Counted from the first letter of the stretch, positions 51,613 to 64,000 are shown. The stretch is 64,000 bases of DNA from Pseudomonadota bacterium (GCA_038134595.1 JAYPVM010000005.1:141336-205335), one strand, 5' to 3'. Notes: generated by a model from the sequence alone, not told the origin. Made by a program: numbers and translations.

Positions 51613-53100
51613 TTATCCTTGCGTGCGTAATATTTCCGCCGTCTCAACCAAGCGAGCCAAAACTCTCTCTTGACCAAGAACTGCAAATGACTCAAACAGG
51701 GGGGGGGTAATCGTCTTGCCGGTAACAGCTATTCGAAGAACAACAAACGCAGGACCCACCTTCACACCGATTTCACTAACCACTCCACGCAGAGTCTGTT
51801 CTATGACCTCTACTGAAAAATCCTTTAAGTCCTTTAACAACTCAAACGAACGCTCCACAATCCGAAGAGCCGTCTCACGATCCATGTTCTTTTTAAACAT
51901 CGCGGTGATATCTCTCTCTAGAGGACGATCGGTTAAAAATTCAACCATAGGAGCAACTTCTGTCAGAAGCTTCACTCGCTCCTGAACATGTGGAGCAATT
52001 GTTGCGAACGCCTCTTTCTCAATCTGCATATCAGCATCCTTCAAAAAGGGCTTTGCGCGTTCAATGAAATCAGCCTGCTCAATAGAACGAACATACAGGC
52101 CGTTCATCCACTCCATCTTTTTAAGATCAAAAACCCCGCTGGCCTGATTGATACCACTTAATGAAAAGTCTCTTATCAGCTCTTCTCGAGAAAATATCTC
52201 TTGGTCTCTTCCCTCTCCCGGAGCCCAACCAATGAGCGATACAAAATTCAGAACCGCCTCGGCCAAGAATCCCTGTTGGCGAGCCTCCCGTGACGTCGCT
52301 GCCCCCGAACGCTTCGAGAGCTTCTTGCCGTCCGCCCCATTGATAACTGGAAGATGCGCAAGCACTGGCACCTCCCACCCGAGCGCCTCATACAATAGCA
52401 AATGCAGTGGGGTCGAAGGAAGCCACTCTACACCCCTTAACACATGACTTATGCGCATATCGTGATCATCAACGATGGAAGCAAGGTGATACGTGGGCAG
52501 TCCATCACTTTTCATCAAAACAGGATCCCTCAACGAAACGGAGTCCCATGCAACCCGACCTCGCACTCCATCAATAAAACTAAGCGACCGCTTTTGAGGC
52601 ATCTTGAAACGGATAACGTGTTTTGTGTCTTTCGAAACCTCACGAGTCCGACAGTATCCGGAGTAGCCCGGAAGCTCCTTACGTGCCATCTGCTCATTTC
52701 GCTCGCGCTCAAGCATTTCTGGCGTACAATCGCACCGATATGCATCCCCCTTCGCAATCAGAGCATCCGCCACCTCACGGTAGCGAGCCGTCCGAAGACT
52801 TTGAACATACGGTCCGCTATCACCGGCTAACTGCGGAGCTCCATCCCAAGCCTCACCTATTGCTTCGAGCTCCGAAAAACTCGGCCCTTCATCCGGAGTA
52901 ATTCCAAACCACTGCAACTCCTCCAGAATAAACCTAACAGCACCTTTAACGGTCCGGCTTTGATCCGTGTCCTCAATCCGTAGAACAAAAGAGCCCCCGT
53001 GGTGTTTTGCCAATAACCACGCAAAAAATGCTGTTCTGAAACCTCCAAGGTGTTGGAATCCTGTGGGCGATGGTGCAAATCGTGTTCGTACTTCTGACAT
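51613..53100 (-). CDS. gltX: Glutamate--tRNA ligase
   Basis: RTRFAPSPTG..HLGG.RTA, LRIEDTD, VDDH.M.ISHV.RG and KLSKR. Confidence 0.97.
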   Translation of the reverse strand: MSEVRTRFAPSPTGFQHLGGFRTAFFAWLLAKHHGGSFVLRIEDTDQSRTVKGAVRFILEELQWFGITPDEGPSFSELEAIGEAWDGAPQLAGDSGPYVQSLRTARYREVADALIAKGDAYRCDCTPEMLERERNEQMARKELPGYSGYCRTREVSKDTKHVIRFKMPQKRSLSFIDGVRGRVAWDSVSLRDPVLMKSDGLPTYHLASIVDDHDMRISHVLRGVEWLPSTPLHLLLYEALGWEVPVLAHLPVINGADGKKLSKRSGAATSREARQQGFLAEAVLNFVSLIGWAPGEGRDQEIFSREELIRDFSLSGINQASGVFDLKKMEWMNGLYVRSIEQADFIERAKPFLKDADMQIEKEAFATIAPHVQERVKLLTEVAPMVEFLTDRPLERDITAMFKKNMDRETALRIVERSFELLKDLKDFSVEVIEQTLRGVVSEIGVKVGPAFVVLRIAVTGKTITPPLFESFAVLGQERVLARLVETAEILRTQG

Positions 53101-53292
53101 CGGTATCTTTTATGCTATTTCCAACCCAGCGTGGTCGTTTGATTAGTTATGTACACCTTTCACAAAGGTCTAGGGCCTCAAATCATACTGCAAATGCTAC
53201 ATTTTCTAAAGTGGCCCTATTTCAGAAAGTGAGGCTCGTAGCCCAAACAGAACGTAACAGACATTACGATATAAAATCAATGCCTTAGCGCA

Positions 53293-55917
<2,625 letters not shown>

Positions 55918-55921
<4 letters not shown>

Positions 55922-56742
55922 ACCGCAATGTCAAAGCGAATCCTGTCATGTGCATTGTATCCCACAAGCTCGAAATCCTCATATTCAAAGTCAAAGATGT
56001 CATTCTTGGCGGGATTTATTTTCATCGTTGGAAGTGGTAGCGGCTCCCGTTCGAGTTGTAAACGAGCACCTTCTAAATGATTGGAATAGATATGCAAGTC
56101 TCCAAACGTATGAACAAATTCATAGGGTCGTAAACCAGTGACCTGCCCTACCATCATCAAAAGCAATGCATAACTAGCGATATTAAAGGGCACTCCCAAC
56201 ATCAAGTCCGCAGAACGCTGATAAAGCTGAAGGCTAATTCTGTCCCCTGCCACGTAGAACTGAAATAGCGTGTGACATGCAGGTGGAGCTACTTCTGGAA
56301 GGTCCGCTGGATTAAAAGACACTACTACAATCCGACGACTTTGCGGATTCGTCTTAATCGTTTCTATGGCTCGCGCAATCTGATCAACCTTACCTCGGGG
56401 CCCTTCCCACGAACGCCACTGTTTTCCATACACCGGCCCGAGCTCCCCCTCGGTATCGGCCCACTCGTTCCAAATGGTAACTTTCCGATCCGTCAGGTAA
56501 TTGATGTTCGTATCCCCTTTGAGAAACCAAAGTAGTTCATAAATTATCGATTTAAGATGCACCTTCTTGGTGGTTACGAGCGGAAAACCATCTTCTAAAT
56601 TAAACCGAGCCTGCCTGCCGAAAACAGAGTATGTTCCCACTCCGGTTCTGTCAGGCCTAACTACTGTTTCTTCCTTTTTAACTCCGGAATCTGGCTTGCC
56701 ATTCTCAAGCACATCACGAACTAAATCTAAGTATTGTTTCAT
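55918..56742 (-). CDS. thyA: Thymidylate synthase
   Basis: DRTGVGT, ELLWFL, GPVYG.QWR, PPACH, YQRSAD..LGVPFN and HIYSNH. Start placed at ATG 56742. Confidence 0.97.
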
Positions 56743-56829
56743 TAAAAAGCTCCCCGCTAACAAGTGTCCGATAAAGCATACTTCCAATAGATGCCAAACT
56801 TCAAGCGTTGCTTTAGATACAGAATAGAT

Positions 56830-57627
56830 TTATCCAACGACTTTTGAGCAATAAATCGTATCAGGACCCATCGATAACAGACAACAAAAGGACACCGTGT
56901 CTGGGTCTGTAAAAACGTCGAGACAGAGATCTTCTGCGCGCCGCACCTGCCGCCCAAATTCTCCGTCAGAGCCCGTATCTGCGGTTGTTTCTAAATACTG
57001 AAAGAGCAATGTCTCATTTAAACCAGTAAGCGGTCGCGAGAATATTACGACTGTGTCGCCAGGCTCCATATTTACCGAGGCTATACTCACATCCACTATA
57101 GCATGCGCCCCAATATATGAGAGCCTCTGATCAGGCACCGAAACAAGTTCTTCCCCAATATCGCCAATGACCGTCGTATCTACACCGTCACTGGGAAAAA
57201 GCGGAAACAACTGGGCATCTCTATACAGATACACACTAGAGGATCCGACCCGACCGGCTACCAGACTGGCGCCACTAACAACACACGCCATCATTGAAGC
57301 CGCCATCCGGCCGCCGGCGGCTAACTTATGGCCAAAATTATACACCGAGGAGTTTGCAATTCGAAACCCATCCTCGAGGACGTTCGTAATCTGATCTTCA
57401 CTTGAGAGAGTGTTTCCTTCCGATGACGACTCTAATAAACCCTTTACAAAATACTCAAGACCAAGGGTGTATGCCACTTGAGAGCCAATTCCTTCCGCAA
57501 CTGCAGTTGCCCCAACAAAAGCAGCTTGCGCCCTCTCGATACCTGGATTGAGAGCTACATAACTAGATGCATCTGGGACAATCCCTTCCCCCCGAAAAAT
57601 ATCGCAATCTAACCGACTAACACTCAT
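56830..57627 (-). CDS. PP2C/PPM-fold protein lacking catalytic Asp residues (putative pseudophosphatase)
   Basis: PP2C-like order of elements: G..VA, F..AN..V, GRMAAS (vs GMGTT), VGSSSVYLYR (vs VGDSRAYL.R), PGDTVVIFSRPL (vs GD..LLCSDGL). Confidence 0.6.
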   Translation of the reverse strand: MSVSRLDCDIFRGEGIVPDASSYVALNPGIERAQAAFVGATAVAEGIGSQVAYTLGLEYFVKGLLESSSEGNTLSSEDQITNVLEDGFRIANSSVYNFGHKLAAGGRMAASMMACVVSGASLVAGRVGSSSVYLYRDAQLFPLFPSDGVDTTVIGDIGEELVSVPDQRLSYIGAHAIVDVSIASVNMEPGDTVVIFSRPLTGLNETLLFQYLETTADTGSDGEFGRQVRRAEDLCLDVFTDPDTVSFCCLLSMGPDTIYCSKVVG

Positions 57628-58012
57628 AGGTTTGTATGCCCATAGCCCCGTTTTCTACGCCCTCCTATATGTATCATTACATAGATTGTCAGGATAGGAT
57701 TAGTTTAAGTGAGAGAGCAACGCCCTGTTGTTTTTTTTCATTATTACCTTGTTGTCGAAGAATATGTAGTGTATCCAAGTTGATAAGGTTTTTTAAGAGT
57801 CTTGTCGGCGCACCAAGAGAGCTCAGAACAGTGCTTCTGCTCTCCCTTCAAAAAGAGAGGTAACAAATCCACTTTTTGGGCAAATAGCTGGCGCTTGCTA
57901 TTAGCTATTGAAATCCCTGTCATCAACCACGGAAAAAGGCACATATCAGGCAGTAGTATTGCCCTTTACTATTGCCCTTAAATAAAGATTTTCTACGCGA
58001 GATAGTAAAACG

Positions 58013-59752
58013 ATGAAAACATGCACGGCAATCTTCAAGACAACCTCCAACAACTTTGATCATCCGCGCAGAACCTCTCTCATCTTCTCGACAAGATATT
58101 CTACGCTACTTTTCCTCGGGCTGATCTTTGCTCTGGCCTCATGTAAGCAACATGGTGAAACATCTAGTTCATTACATACAAACCAACTCTTACACAGACT
58201 CCCTGAAGACAGCGCCGCATTCTACCTCATGGACTTCGACGGAAAGGGGTTTCAAAACGCCCAAAAAGCAAAAAAAACACTTTTCGATAAAAGCTCTAAA
58301 TTACTTTCAAATACTCCCGAGGCGCTTTCTACTTTGGTAGACCACCAACCCTTTAGGGAGACCTGGGCGGCACTCATAAAGGCATCTCAAGATAGTGAGC
58401 TAATCGACTCAAGCGATGGCACCACGAAACTCCACAAGTTTTTTACCCATGGCGTTTACTTTCTCTCCTCTGAGGATACCAACGATGGAGCCGTTCCGCA
58501 CATTGGTTTCATCGGAGAAAATCGAGCCCAAGACACCGCTCGTAACCTTCTTGCTTCGCTCAAGCAGTCGTTTGAGAGCGAGGGACTAGCTTGCGACCTG
58601 CTAACCAATTCGAAAACAAGCACGCTAACCGTTACCATTCCAAATATTTCCAGAAACACTTTCTTCGTGGCAACCGATACATTTTTTGGTTTTGCTACCA
58701 ATAAGGACGATCTTACGCAACTCTCACTCCCTTCAGCTCTTCCTGGACGGGAATCGCTCGTTATGAGTAAAGAATATCTTCACCTAACTCATGAGCTCAC
58801 ACCACTTCCAGATACCATCGGAGTAAGTTTTATTTCCTATCAGCGAGTTTACCCTCTTTTACGATACCTATCAAAAGCCCTCGAACAAAACGATTCTCTC
58901 TCAGTTGATTTATTGCCCATCGATTCGATTCTCATTCAAGACTCTTTCTCGTCAAGCCGACTAATGAACATCAAATTAGGAATACAAGGAAAAAACAAAA
59001 TACAGAACGATCTCCTCCAGACCTTCAACGGTCTTGATCTCGACCATACTCCTATCTCGTTTCCTTCCGATACGGCACTAGCACTCAAGATACATACGTT
59101 AGCCGCACAATCTCAATCCAATTCCTTCAAGAGCTTCTCCCCTGCTCTATCGAAAATATCGGAAGCCATACACGCTATGTTATTTGGGTTTCGAGCAAAC
59201 AACACCGGCTCACCTCTTCCCGATATCTTTCTCACTCTCTCGCTTCAAAGAAGCACAGACGCAATACCGCTAGCAAAGGAGATCGTTAATGAACTCCTTC
59301 GGACATTCAATCTTCCACCACAATGGAATTCAAAAACGATAGACGACACCCCTGTTTATTTTTTCACGACGTTAATCGGTGCAGGCGTATATATCGCCCA
59401 AGATACTGACTCTCAGGTGCTTCTTGCGTCCACTTCTGAAACAGGAATACGTGACCTCCTTAATGCAACAAAGAGCAAAACAGCTCCAATGAAGAAAATA
59501 TTTGGTGAACTTTTAGATACAAATTCGAAACAATTACCCCTTAGCTCCTTATACATCGACTTCGACAAGACAGCCTCTCTCATTGACTCAATAACCGGCA
59601 CTCTTTCTATGATGACAGGAGGCTCGTCACAATTAAGCTCCGAACTGGACACCTCTCTGATGCGATTAGCAGGTCACCTAGGTGCGCATATGACCTATTC
59701 AAATCAAGTGCTCTCGATCCAAATATCCCATCTACAAGACCATCAGCGATAG
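58013..59752 (+). CDS. Hypothetical exported protein, probable lipoprotein
   Basis: 579-aa ORF with hydrophobic LLFLGLIFALAS-C lipobox; exact start uncertain. Confidence 0.7.
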   Translation: MKTCTAIFKTTSNNFDHPRRTSLIFSTRYSTLLFLGLIFALASCKQHGETSSSLHTNQLLHRLPEDSAAFYLMDFDGKGFQNAQKAKKTLFDKSSKLLSNTPEALSTLVDHQPFRETWAALIKASQDSELIDSSDGTTKLHKFFTHGVYFLSSEDTNDGAVPHIGFIGENRAQDTARNLLASLKQSFESEGLACDLLTNSKTSTLTVTIPNISRNTFFVATDTFFGFATNKDDLTQLSLPSALPGRESLVMSKEYLHLTHELTPLPDTIGVSFISYQRVYPLLRYLSKALEQNDSLSVDLLPIDSILIQDSFSSSRLMNIKLGIQGKNKIQNDLLQTFNGLDLDHTPISFPSDTALALKIHTLAAQSQSNSFKSFSPALSKISEAIHAMLFGFRANNTGSPLPDIFLTLSLQRSTDAIPLAKEIVNELLRTFNLPPQWNSKTIDDTPVYFFTTLIGAGVYIAQDTDSQVLLASTSETGIRDLLNATKSKTAPMKKIFGELLDTNSKQLPLSSLYIDFDKTASLIDSITGTLSMMTGGSSQLSSELDTSLMRLAGHLGAHMTYSNQVLSIQISHLQDHQR

Positions 59753-59976
59753 TCGCGTTGCAACACCCTGACTAATAAGCGAGCTTTCCTTGATTATTTT
59801 GCACACGCGTCTCGCTAAAAAAAGAAAAATCAATTCCCGACAACGCGGAGTGAGAAAAGAGCGTTTACGCAATCCTCTTCTGCTATCTCTTTTTGCCTGA
59901 ACCCCCCTCGTCATTCCTCTCATCTTAGAGAGTAGCAAACATTAACTATTGAAAACTCAAGCAGGGGTGAGCTCAT

Positions 59977-60189
59977 ATGAATAGCCTAAGTCAAATTCTT
60001 GATATCGCAAGTAGATTAGATCATCTCGGATCCTGTGCGGAATGGATTGCTCGAGAAACTGTGCACACCGACAATGCCATTTCGCAAACTGGCACGTTAA
60101 TCTCGGTATTAGCAGAAGATATACGCGAGCAAATAACCAATCTAGTCACAGAATTAGAGCAATACGGTGGATTAGACGGAACACACTAA
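59977..60189 (+). CDS. Small hypothetical helical protein (70 aa)
   Basis: GGGGTGAG RBS before the ATG; amphipathic heptad-like pattern. Confidence 0.65.
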   Translation: MNSLSQILDIASRLDHLGSCAEWIARETVHTDNAISQTGTLISVLAEDIREQITNLVTELEQYGGLDGTH

Positions 60190-60627
60190 ACGCTGCATGC
60201 TCCATGGCTGGTTACGAAACGTCTTTTCAAGTCATGGGGCTGACAATTACCGAAATCACGAAACACCGCTTTAAATAAACACTGTTTTCATAATAATTGT
60301 CCGGCTGCGAAACCCAAACGATACGTAGCCGCCGCTATCTAGCGACCGTCATCAGTCAGTTTCACTGCTAAAAACACCCCCTTCAAACGCCACTTCAAGG
60401 TAAGTGCTATAAAAACTCCTTACCAAAAATCCTGCTCTATCCCTGTCTTCTCCAAGAAACTCACCCCTAACACTTGATTTTATCGCTGTTCTTTCAGAGA
60501 CTTAGGAATAGTCTTACATTAGACTGAACCAATTCGTCTCGTTTTTCAGATAGGTATCTAACAGGTTTTTTATGTAAGTTTCTGTGGTGGAATACTACAA
60601 CGAAATAGATACCTAAGAGGTGTAGCA

Positions 60628-61041
60628 GTGAGTAACACAGCATTACAACACGATTGGTTTGAACCACCAGAGGCACCTCAGCTTCAACTCGTTCACGTAT
60701 CACCTATCAGCAAAACAAATAATTCGGATACCTATCTTACTTCTCTTACCTACTCTCTCATTGTACTGCAGATTCTTGATGGCTTTCTTACCGCTTTTGG
60801 GATGGTAACTTTTGGCCCCCACGCTGAAGGAAACCCGCTACTGGCCTTCTTCATGTCTCAGATCGGTTTGATTCCCGCCCTTATTTTTGCCAAAAGCTCC
60901 TGCATCGCTCTCGTTGTTTTTCTGCATGTTCAAGCCAAATCAATGACATGGATAAGGCACGCACTCCTTGCGATAGCGAGCTGGTATACCTTCTCTGCTG
61001 TGCTACCTTGGTCCTACCTGCTTGCGCAAGAGTTGCTGTAA
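60628..61041 (+). CDS. Membrane protein, DUF5658-like
   Basis: LQILDGFLT..G......EGNPLL motif with three hydrophobic segments; AGAGGTG RBS before GTG. Confidence 0.7.
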   Translation: MSNTALQHDWFEPPEAPQLQLVHVSPISKTNNSDTYLTSLTYSLIVLQILDGFLTAFGMVTFGPHAEGNPLLAFFMSQIGLIPALIFAKSSCIALVVFLHVQAKSMTWIRHALLAIASWYTFSAVLPWSYLLAQELL

Positions 61042-61168
61042 TCCCGCTACAAGGAAACAGCCCACTTAAGGAGAAACGTAACACCGCCCATCTTAATTTG
61101 CTTGACGCGACAACTAGTATACACTGCTCATTGCTTAAATAGGACCTAATGGTTGGAGCTCATTCGGT

Positions 61169-61639
61169 ATGCGAATAACAAAATGGGGAGAGTGTGGCAT
61201 CGTTTGCGCGATGTATCTCGGACAACACTACGATAAAGAATCGATCGGCGCTCAAGAGATCGCCGAAGGACAGCAACTAGAGTTGCAGTACACCCAACAG
61301 GTCTTACAACGACTGCGTAAAGGTGGCATTATTGAAAGTTCCCGCGGACCACGCGGAGGCTACCGTTTAGCATCTCCTCCATCCGAGATAACACTGAAAA
61401 GTATTCTTTATGCGGTCGAGGGAGATACATTCGAACTGATTTGCGATTATGCGCCCCTTCATCCGCAAGCTCATGAGAGCTTATGTTGCTCAACCAGAGA
61501 GCAGTGCACACTCCATGAAGTATGGAAAGATCTGCGGGTTGTTATCGATTCATTTTTAGAGTGCCGAACGCTCGTAGAACTCATTGAGTCCAGCCCAGAG
61601 GTGAACATCATAACAAAAATAGGGAAGATAAAAGAATAG
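61169..61639 (+). CDS. Rrf2-family transcriptional regulator (IscR-like Cys/His ligands)
   Basis: EIAE.Q.....Y..Q.L..LRK.G...S.RGP.GGY.LA..P.EITL..I..AVEG, then C...CC.....C.LH.VW. Confidence 0.92.
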   Translation: MRITKWGECGIVCAMYLGQHYDKESIGAQEIAEGQQLELQYTQQVLQRLRKGGIIESSRGPRGGYRLASPPSEITLKSILYAVEGDTFELICDYAPLHPQAHESLCCSTREQCTLHEVWKDLRVVIDSFLECRTLVELIESSPEVNIITKIGKIKE

Positions 61640-61653
61640 CTGCGGCAGAAATT

Positions 61654-62130
61654 CTATCGTGAAGAACCAATCGATGGAATAAACGAGTACTTTAGTAATC
61701 GAGCCTCACCATCTCTGCGGATCTCTATCATCGCTTGATCTACGGTCTCAAGAAGCTGGACAAACACTGGAAACTGTTTTGGATCGCGTATCAAATACCG
61801 ATTAGCCGCGACAATGATATCCGAGTTCTCTAGACCTAGGAGACCGTATACTCCGTTACTATCAATATCAAAAACTCGATACTCATAACTTTCGGTAGAT
61901 GTAACAGATTGAAATACCGGAACCAGCCGAATCGGGCTCTCCCGTAATCGCGTCAACGCATCTCGAAGATCTTTGCGCTGAATTGTATATGAGATAACCT
62001 TATGGGTCGGAGCGACAGGACGAATCTCCTCTATATACTTTGGCTCTACGAGTGTTGTACTAGAACATCCAAATGCAAAAAAACTTATAGCGGCCAAGGC
62101 ACAAAGATTTTTTACCGGTAGTATTTTCAT
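61654..62130 (-). CDS. Lipoprotein with PDZ-like domain resembling the GspC C-terminus
   Basis: AFG-C lipobox; IRLVPVF...YRV..I......LLGLENSDIIVAAN...IEIRRDG; ATGA-coupled to gmk. Confidence 0.65.
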   Translation of the reverse strand: MKILPVKNLCALAAISFFAFGCSSTTLVEPKYIEEIRPVAPTHKVISYTIQRKDLRDALTRLRESPIRLVPVFQSVTSTESYEYRVFDIDSNGVYGLLGLENSDIIVAANRYLIRDPKQFPVFVQLLETVDQAMIEIRRDGEARLLKYSFIPSIGSSR

Positions 62131-62792
62131 GCCGAAACCTCACAAAACTTTTCAACCGCTTTCTTCTCCATCCTATGATATCTAGAACGCTCCGCCATCA
62201 CAATAGAACGAATCCCATCGTATGCAACATCAATATCTGAGTTAACTACCAAATAATCAATCGTATCCGGGCACTTGTGTGCAGCTAACAACGCCTCATA
62301 CTCGGCCTTAGCAGTTTCGAAGCGCTTTTTAAGCTCAAGGGGATCTGTTGTGCCGCGATCCTTCAAACGTTGCTGCATAACCTCAAATTCTGGAGGGACA
62401 AGAAATATGGTAACCGTGTTATCAGGAAACTGCCTCTTAAAATTCAGTGCGCCGCGGATATCCACTTGAAACAGAAGATCCATACCGGCATTAATTCCCG
62501 AGATAAGGCTACTCTTGAGCGTTCCATAGAAGTTACCGTGTGTCTCTTCCGATTCAAAAAACTCTCCAGCCTCTCGTTTTTGAATAAACTCCGCTCGTGT
62601 CACAAAATGATAACTCGCCCCCTGAATCTCTCCAGGTCGTGGCATGCGAGAAGTAACAGAAACCGAATAACGCAAATTCGATGAAAACTCCTGAACGAGC
62701 CTATCACATAAAGTAGTCTTCCCTGATCCAGTCGGCCCCATCACTATAAATAAGATGCCCGATCTGCGAATCACTTCCTGAGTGTTTTTCAT
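62127..62792 (-). CDS. gmk: Guanylate kinase
   Basis: GPTGSGKTT, SVTSR.PRPGE..G..YHF, GNFYGT and RL..RGT. Confidence 0.96.
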   Translation of the reverse strand: MKNTQEVIRRSGILFIVMGPTGSGKTTLCDRLVQEFSSNLRYSVSVTSRMPRPGEIQGASYHFVTRAEFIQKREAGEFFESEETHGNFYGTLKSSLISGINAGMDLLFQVDIRGALNFKRQFPDNTVTIFLVPPEFEVMQQRLKDRGTTDPLELKKRFETAKAEYEALLAAHKCPDTIDYLVVNSDIDVAYDGIRSIVMAERSRYHRMEKKAVEKFCEVSA

Positions 62793-62797
62793 ATTAC

Positions 62798-63703
62798 CTA
62801 CTCGATGTTTTGCACCTGTTCTCTAATCTTTTCTAATTCACTTTTAGCGTCGATTACGAAACCCTGTACAACTGCATGCTGAACCTTGGAGCCAATCGTA
62901 TTTACCTCTCTGCCTATCTCTTGGATTACAAAATCTATCTCTCTCCCAACCGCTCGAGACTCAGATGGATTAAGGAGTACCATACAACGTGCAAGATGAA
63001 TCTTCAAACGGGCAAGCTCCTCACTGACATCAGCCCGATCTGCAAGAAGCAACACCTCTTGCTCAATTCGAGTCGATTCGAGTGGTACATCTGCATCAAG
63101 AAGCGCCAATCGCTCCTTGAGTTTGGTCCGGATTGTCTGAGGCAAATCTCCACTCATTTCAACAATCTTCTCCACGATTCGTTCCACTTCCTTGAGTCGT
63201 CCAGATACATCCTTATAAAGCCCTTGCCCTTCTTTCAATCGACTTTCATGCAAACGCTTTGATGCCTCCTCAGAAACCTCACATATAGCATCTTCCATCA
63301 CTTCGTCTAAAACCGGGAGATCTCCTCCATCTATCCGTTTCGACAGGAGAAGAGACGTAAGGAAATGCCCAAGGCTCTCTTCCTTGGCGCCATAACGCCT
63401 GCATAAGGCAGTGTATGTAGACACCATGGAGTCAATTTGATTAAACTGAGATTCGTCGAGTGTCGCCTCAACAGCCTCTACGGCAAGGTTGATTGAAACC
63501 TCAATCTTGCCTCGATAGTGGCTCCTTTTTATGACATCCCGTACGCGCATTTCGAGATTGCCATCTAGCCGCTGACTCCGAATCTTAACATCAAGAAACC
63601 TACTGTTCACCGCCCGCAATTCAACATCGACAAGCACTGAATTAATCGAGCGCGTCGCCTTCGCAAACCCCGTCATACTTCTTAGGCAGGCAAATTTCTC
63701 CAC
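62798..63703 (-). CDS. yicC: YicC/YloC family endoribonuclease
   Basis: SMTGF, ELRAVNSRFL, DVSEEL.RL..H, GR.IDF..QE..RE.NTIGSK and KIREQVQNIE. Start uncertain (GTG 63703 or ATG 63718). Confidence 0.92.
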   Translation of the reverse strand: MEKFACLRSMTGFAKATRSINSVLVDVELRAVNSRFLDVKIRSQRLDGNLEMRVRDVIKRSHYRGKIEVSINLAVEAVEATLDESQFNQIDSMVSTYTALCRRYGAKEESLGHFLTSLLLSKRIDGGDLPVLDEVMEDAICEVSEEASKRLHESRLKEGQGLYKDVSGRLKEVERIVEKIVEMSGDLPQTIRTKLKERLALLDADVPLESTRIEQEVLLLADRADVSEELARLKIHLARCMVLLNPSESRAVGREIDFVIQEIGREVNTIGSKVQHAVVQGFVIDAKSELEKIREQVQNIE

Positions 63704-63705
63704 GG

Positions 63706-64000
63706 CTATCGCCCCCATTTTTCTACCGCACTAAGGAACCTTTCTCGGTTAATTGCCGCAGTCCCAACCTCTGAAACTACAAGACCCGCCGCAATATTGG
63801 CAAGAACACCCGCGTTGGCAACACTCGCGCCCACGGCAATAGCTGCCGTAAAGACCGCAGTAACCGTGTCACCTGCGCCACTAACATCAAAAACCTCCTG
63901 TGCCATAGTTCCCAGATGGAGTGACTCATTAGTTTCCTTTTCAAGTACTATCAATCCCTGTTCTCCGAGAGATATAACCATCACTTCGGCATTCCATTGA
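63706..64000 (-). CDS. rfaE1: D-glycero-beta-D-manno-heptose-7-phosphate kinase (RfaE domain I), 5' part outside the window
   Basis: SLGEQG, AQEVFDVSGAGDTV and LAN.AAG.VV.EVGTA (PfkB fold, HldE-type). Confidence 0.85.
   Translation of the reverse strand, partial: QWNAEVMVISLGEQGLIVLEKETNESLHLGTMAQEVFDVSGAGDTVTAVFTAAIAVGASVANAGVLANIAAGLVVSEVGTAAINRERFLSAVEKWGR

Noticed and set aside
51699..51707. G9 homopolymer as a possible phase-variation tract
   Set aside because: It lies in frame in essential gltX and encodes the conserved T-P-P-L segment.
61098..61125. Possible IscR-type operator upstream of the Rrf2 gene
   Set aside because: Only loose similarity and no clear dyad symmetry; it may simply be a sigma70 promoter (TTGCTT-N16-TACACT).

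Overview
This is core-chromosome DNA from a bacterium whose proteins look deltaproteobacterial (Bdellovibrionota/Myxococcota-like); that placement is an inference from protein style. Almost all genes from 7.7 to 57.6 kb are on the minus strand. In window order: the end of a surface-polysaccharide locus (O-antigen ligase-like fragment, GT4 glycosyltransferase, NAD-dependent epimerase), tRNA-Arg(UCG), an acyltransferase-ACP-acyl-adenylate ligase fusion, a beta-CASP nuclease, the str/S10/spc ribosomal cluster ending at secY-adk, a partial complex I operon (nuoCDEGHJKLMN), type-2 ileS, acyl-CoA dehydrogenase, IclR regulator, dapAB, rpoD, dnaG, greA, efp, gltX, ligA, folA, thyA, several hypothetical genes, an Rrf2 regulator, gmk, yicC and rfaE1. 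I found no mobile element, CRISPR array, rRNA or defence island, and no self-contained novel multi-gene system. The notable signals are atypical housekeeping components. EF-Tu has a rewritten switch I, EF-P has Asn at its tip, rpsN (S14) is absent from the spc operon, and tRNA-Arg(UCG) goes with CGA codons even in tuf. IleRS2 has an HYGT motif, RpoD carries a ~220-aa histone-H1-like basic N-terminus, and a terminator separates secY from rplO. The nuo operon lacks nuoA/B/F/I and ends in a small CxxC ORF, and a PP2C-fold protein lacks its catalytic aspartates.
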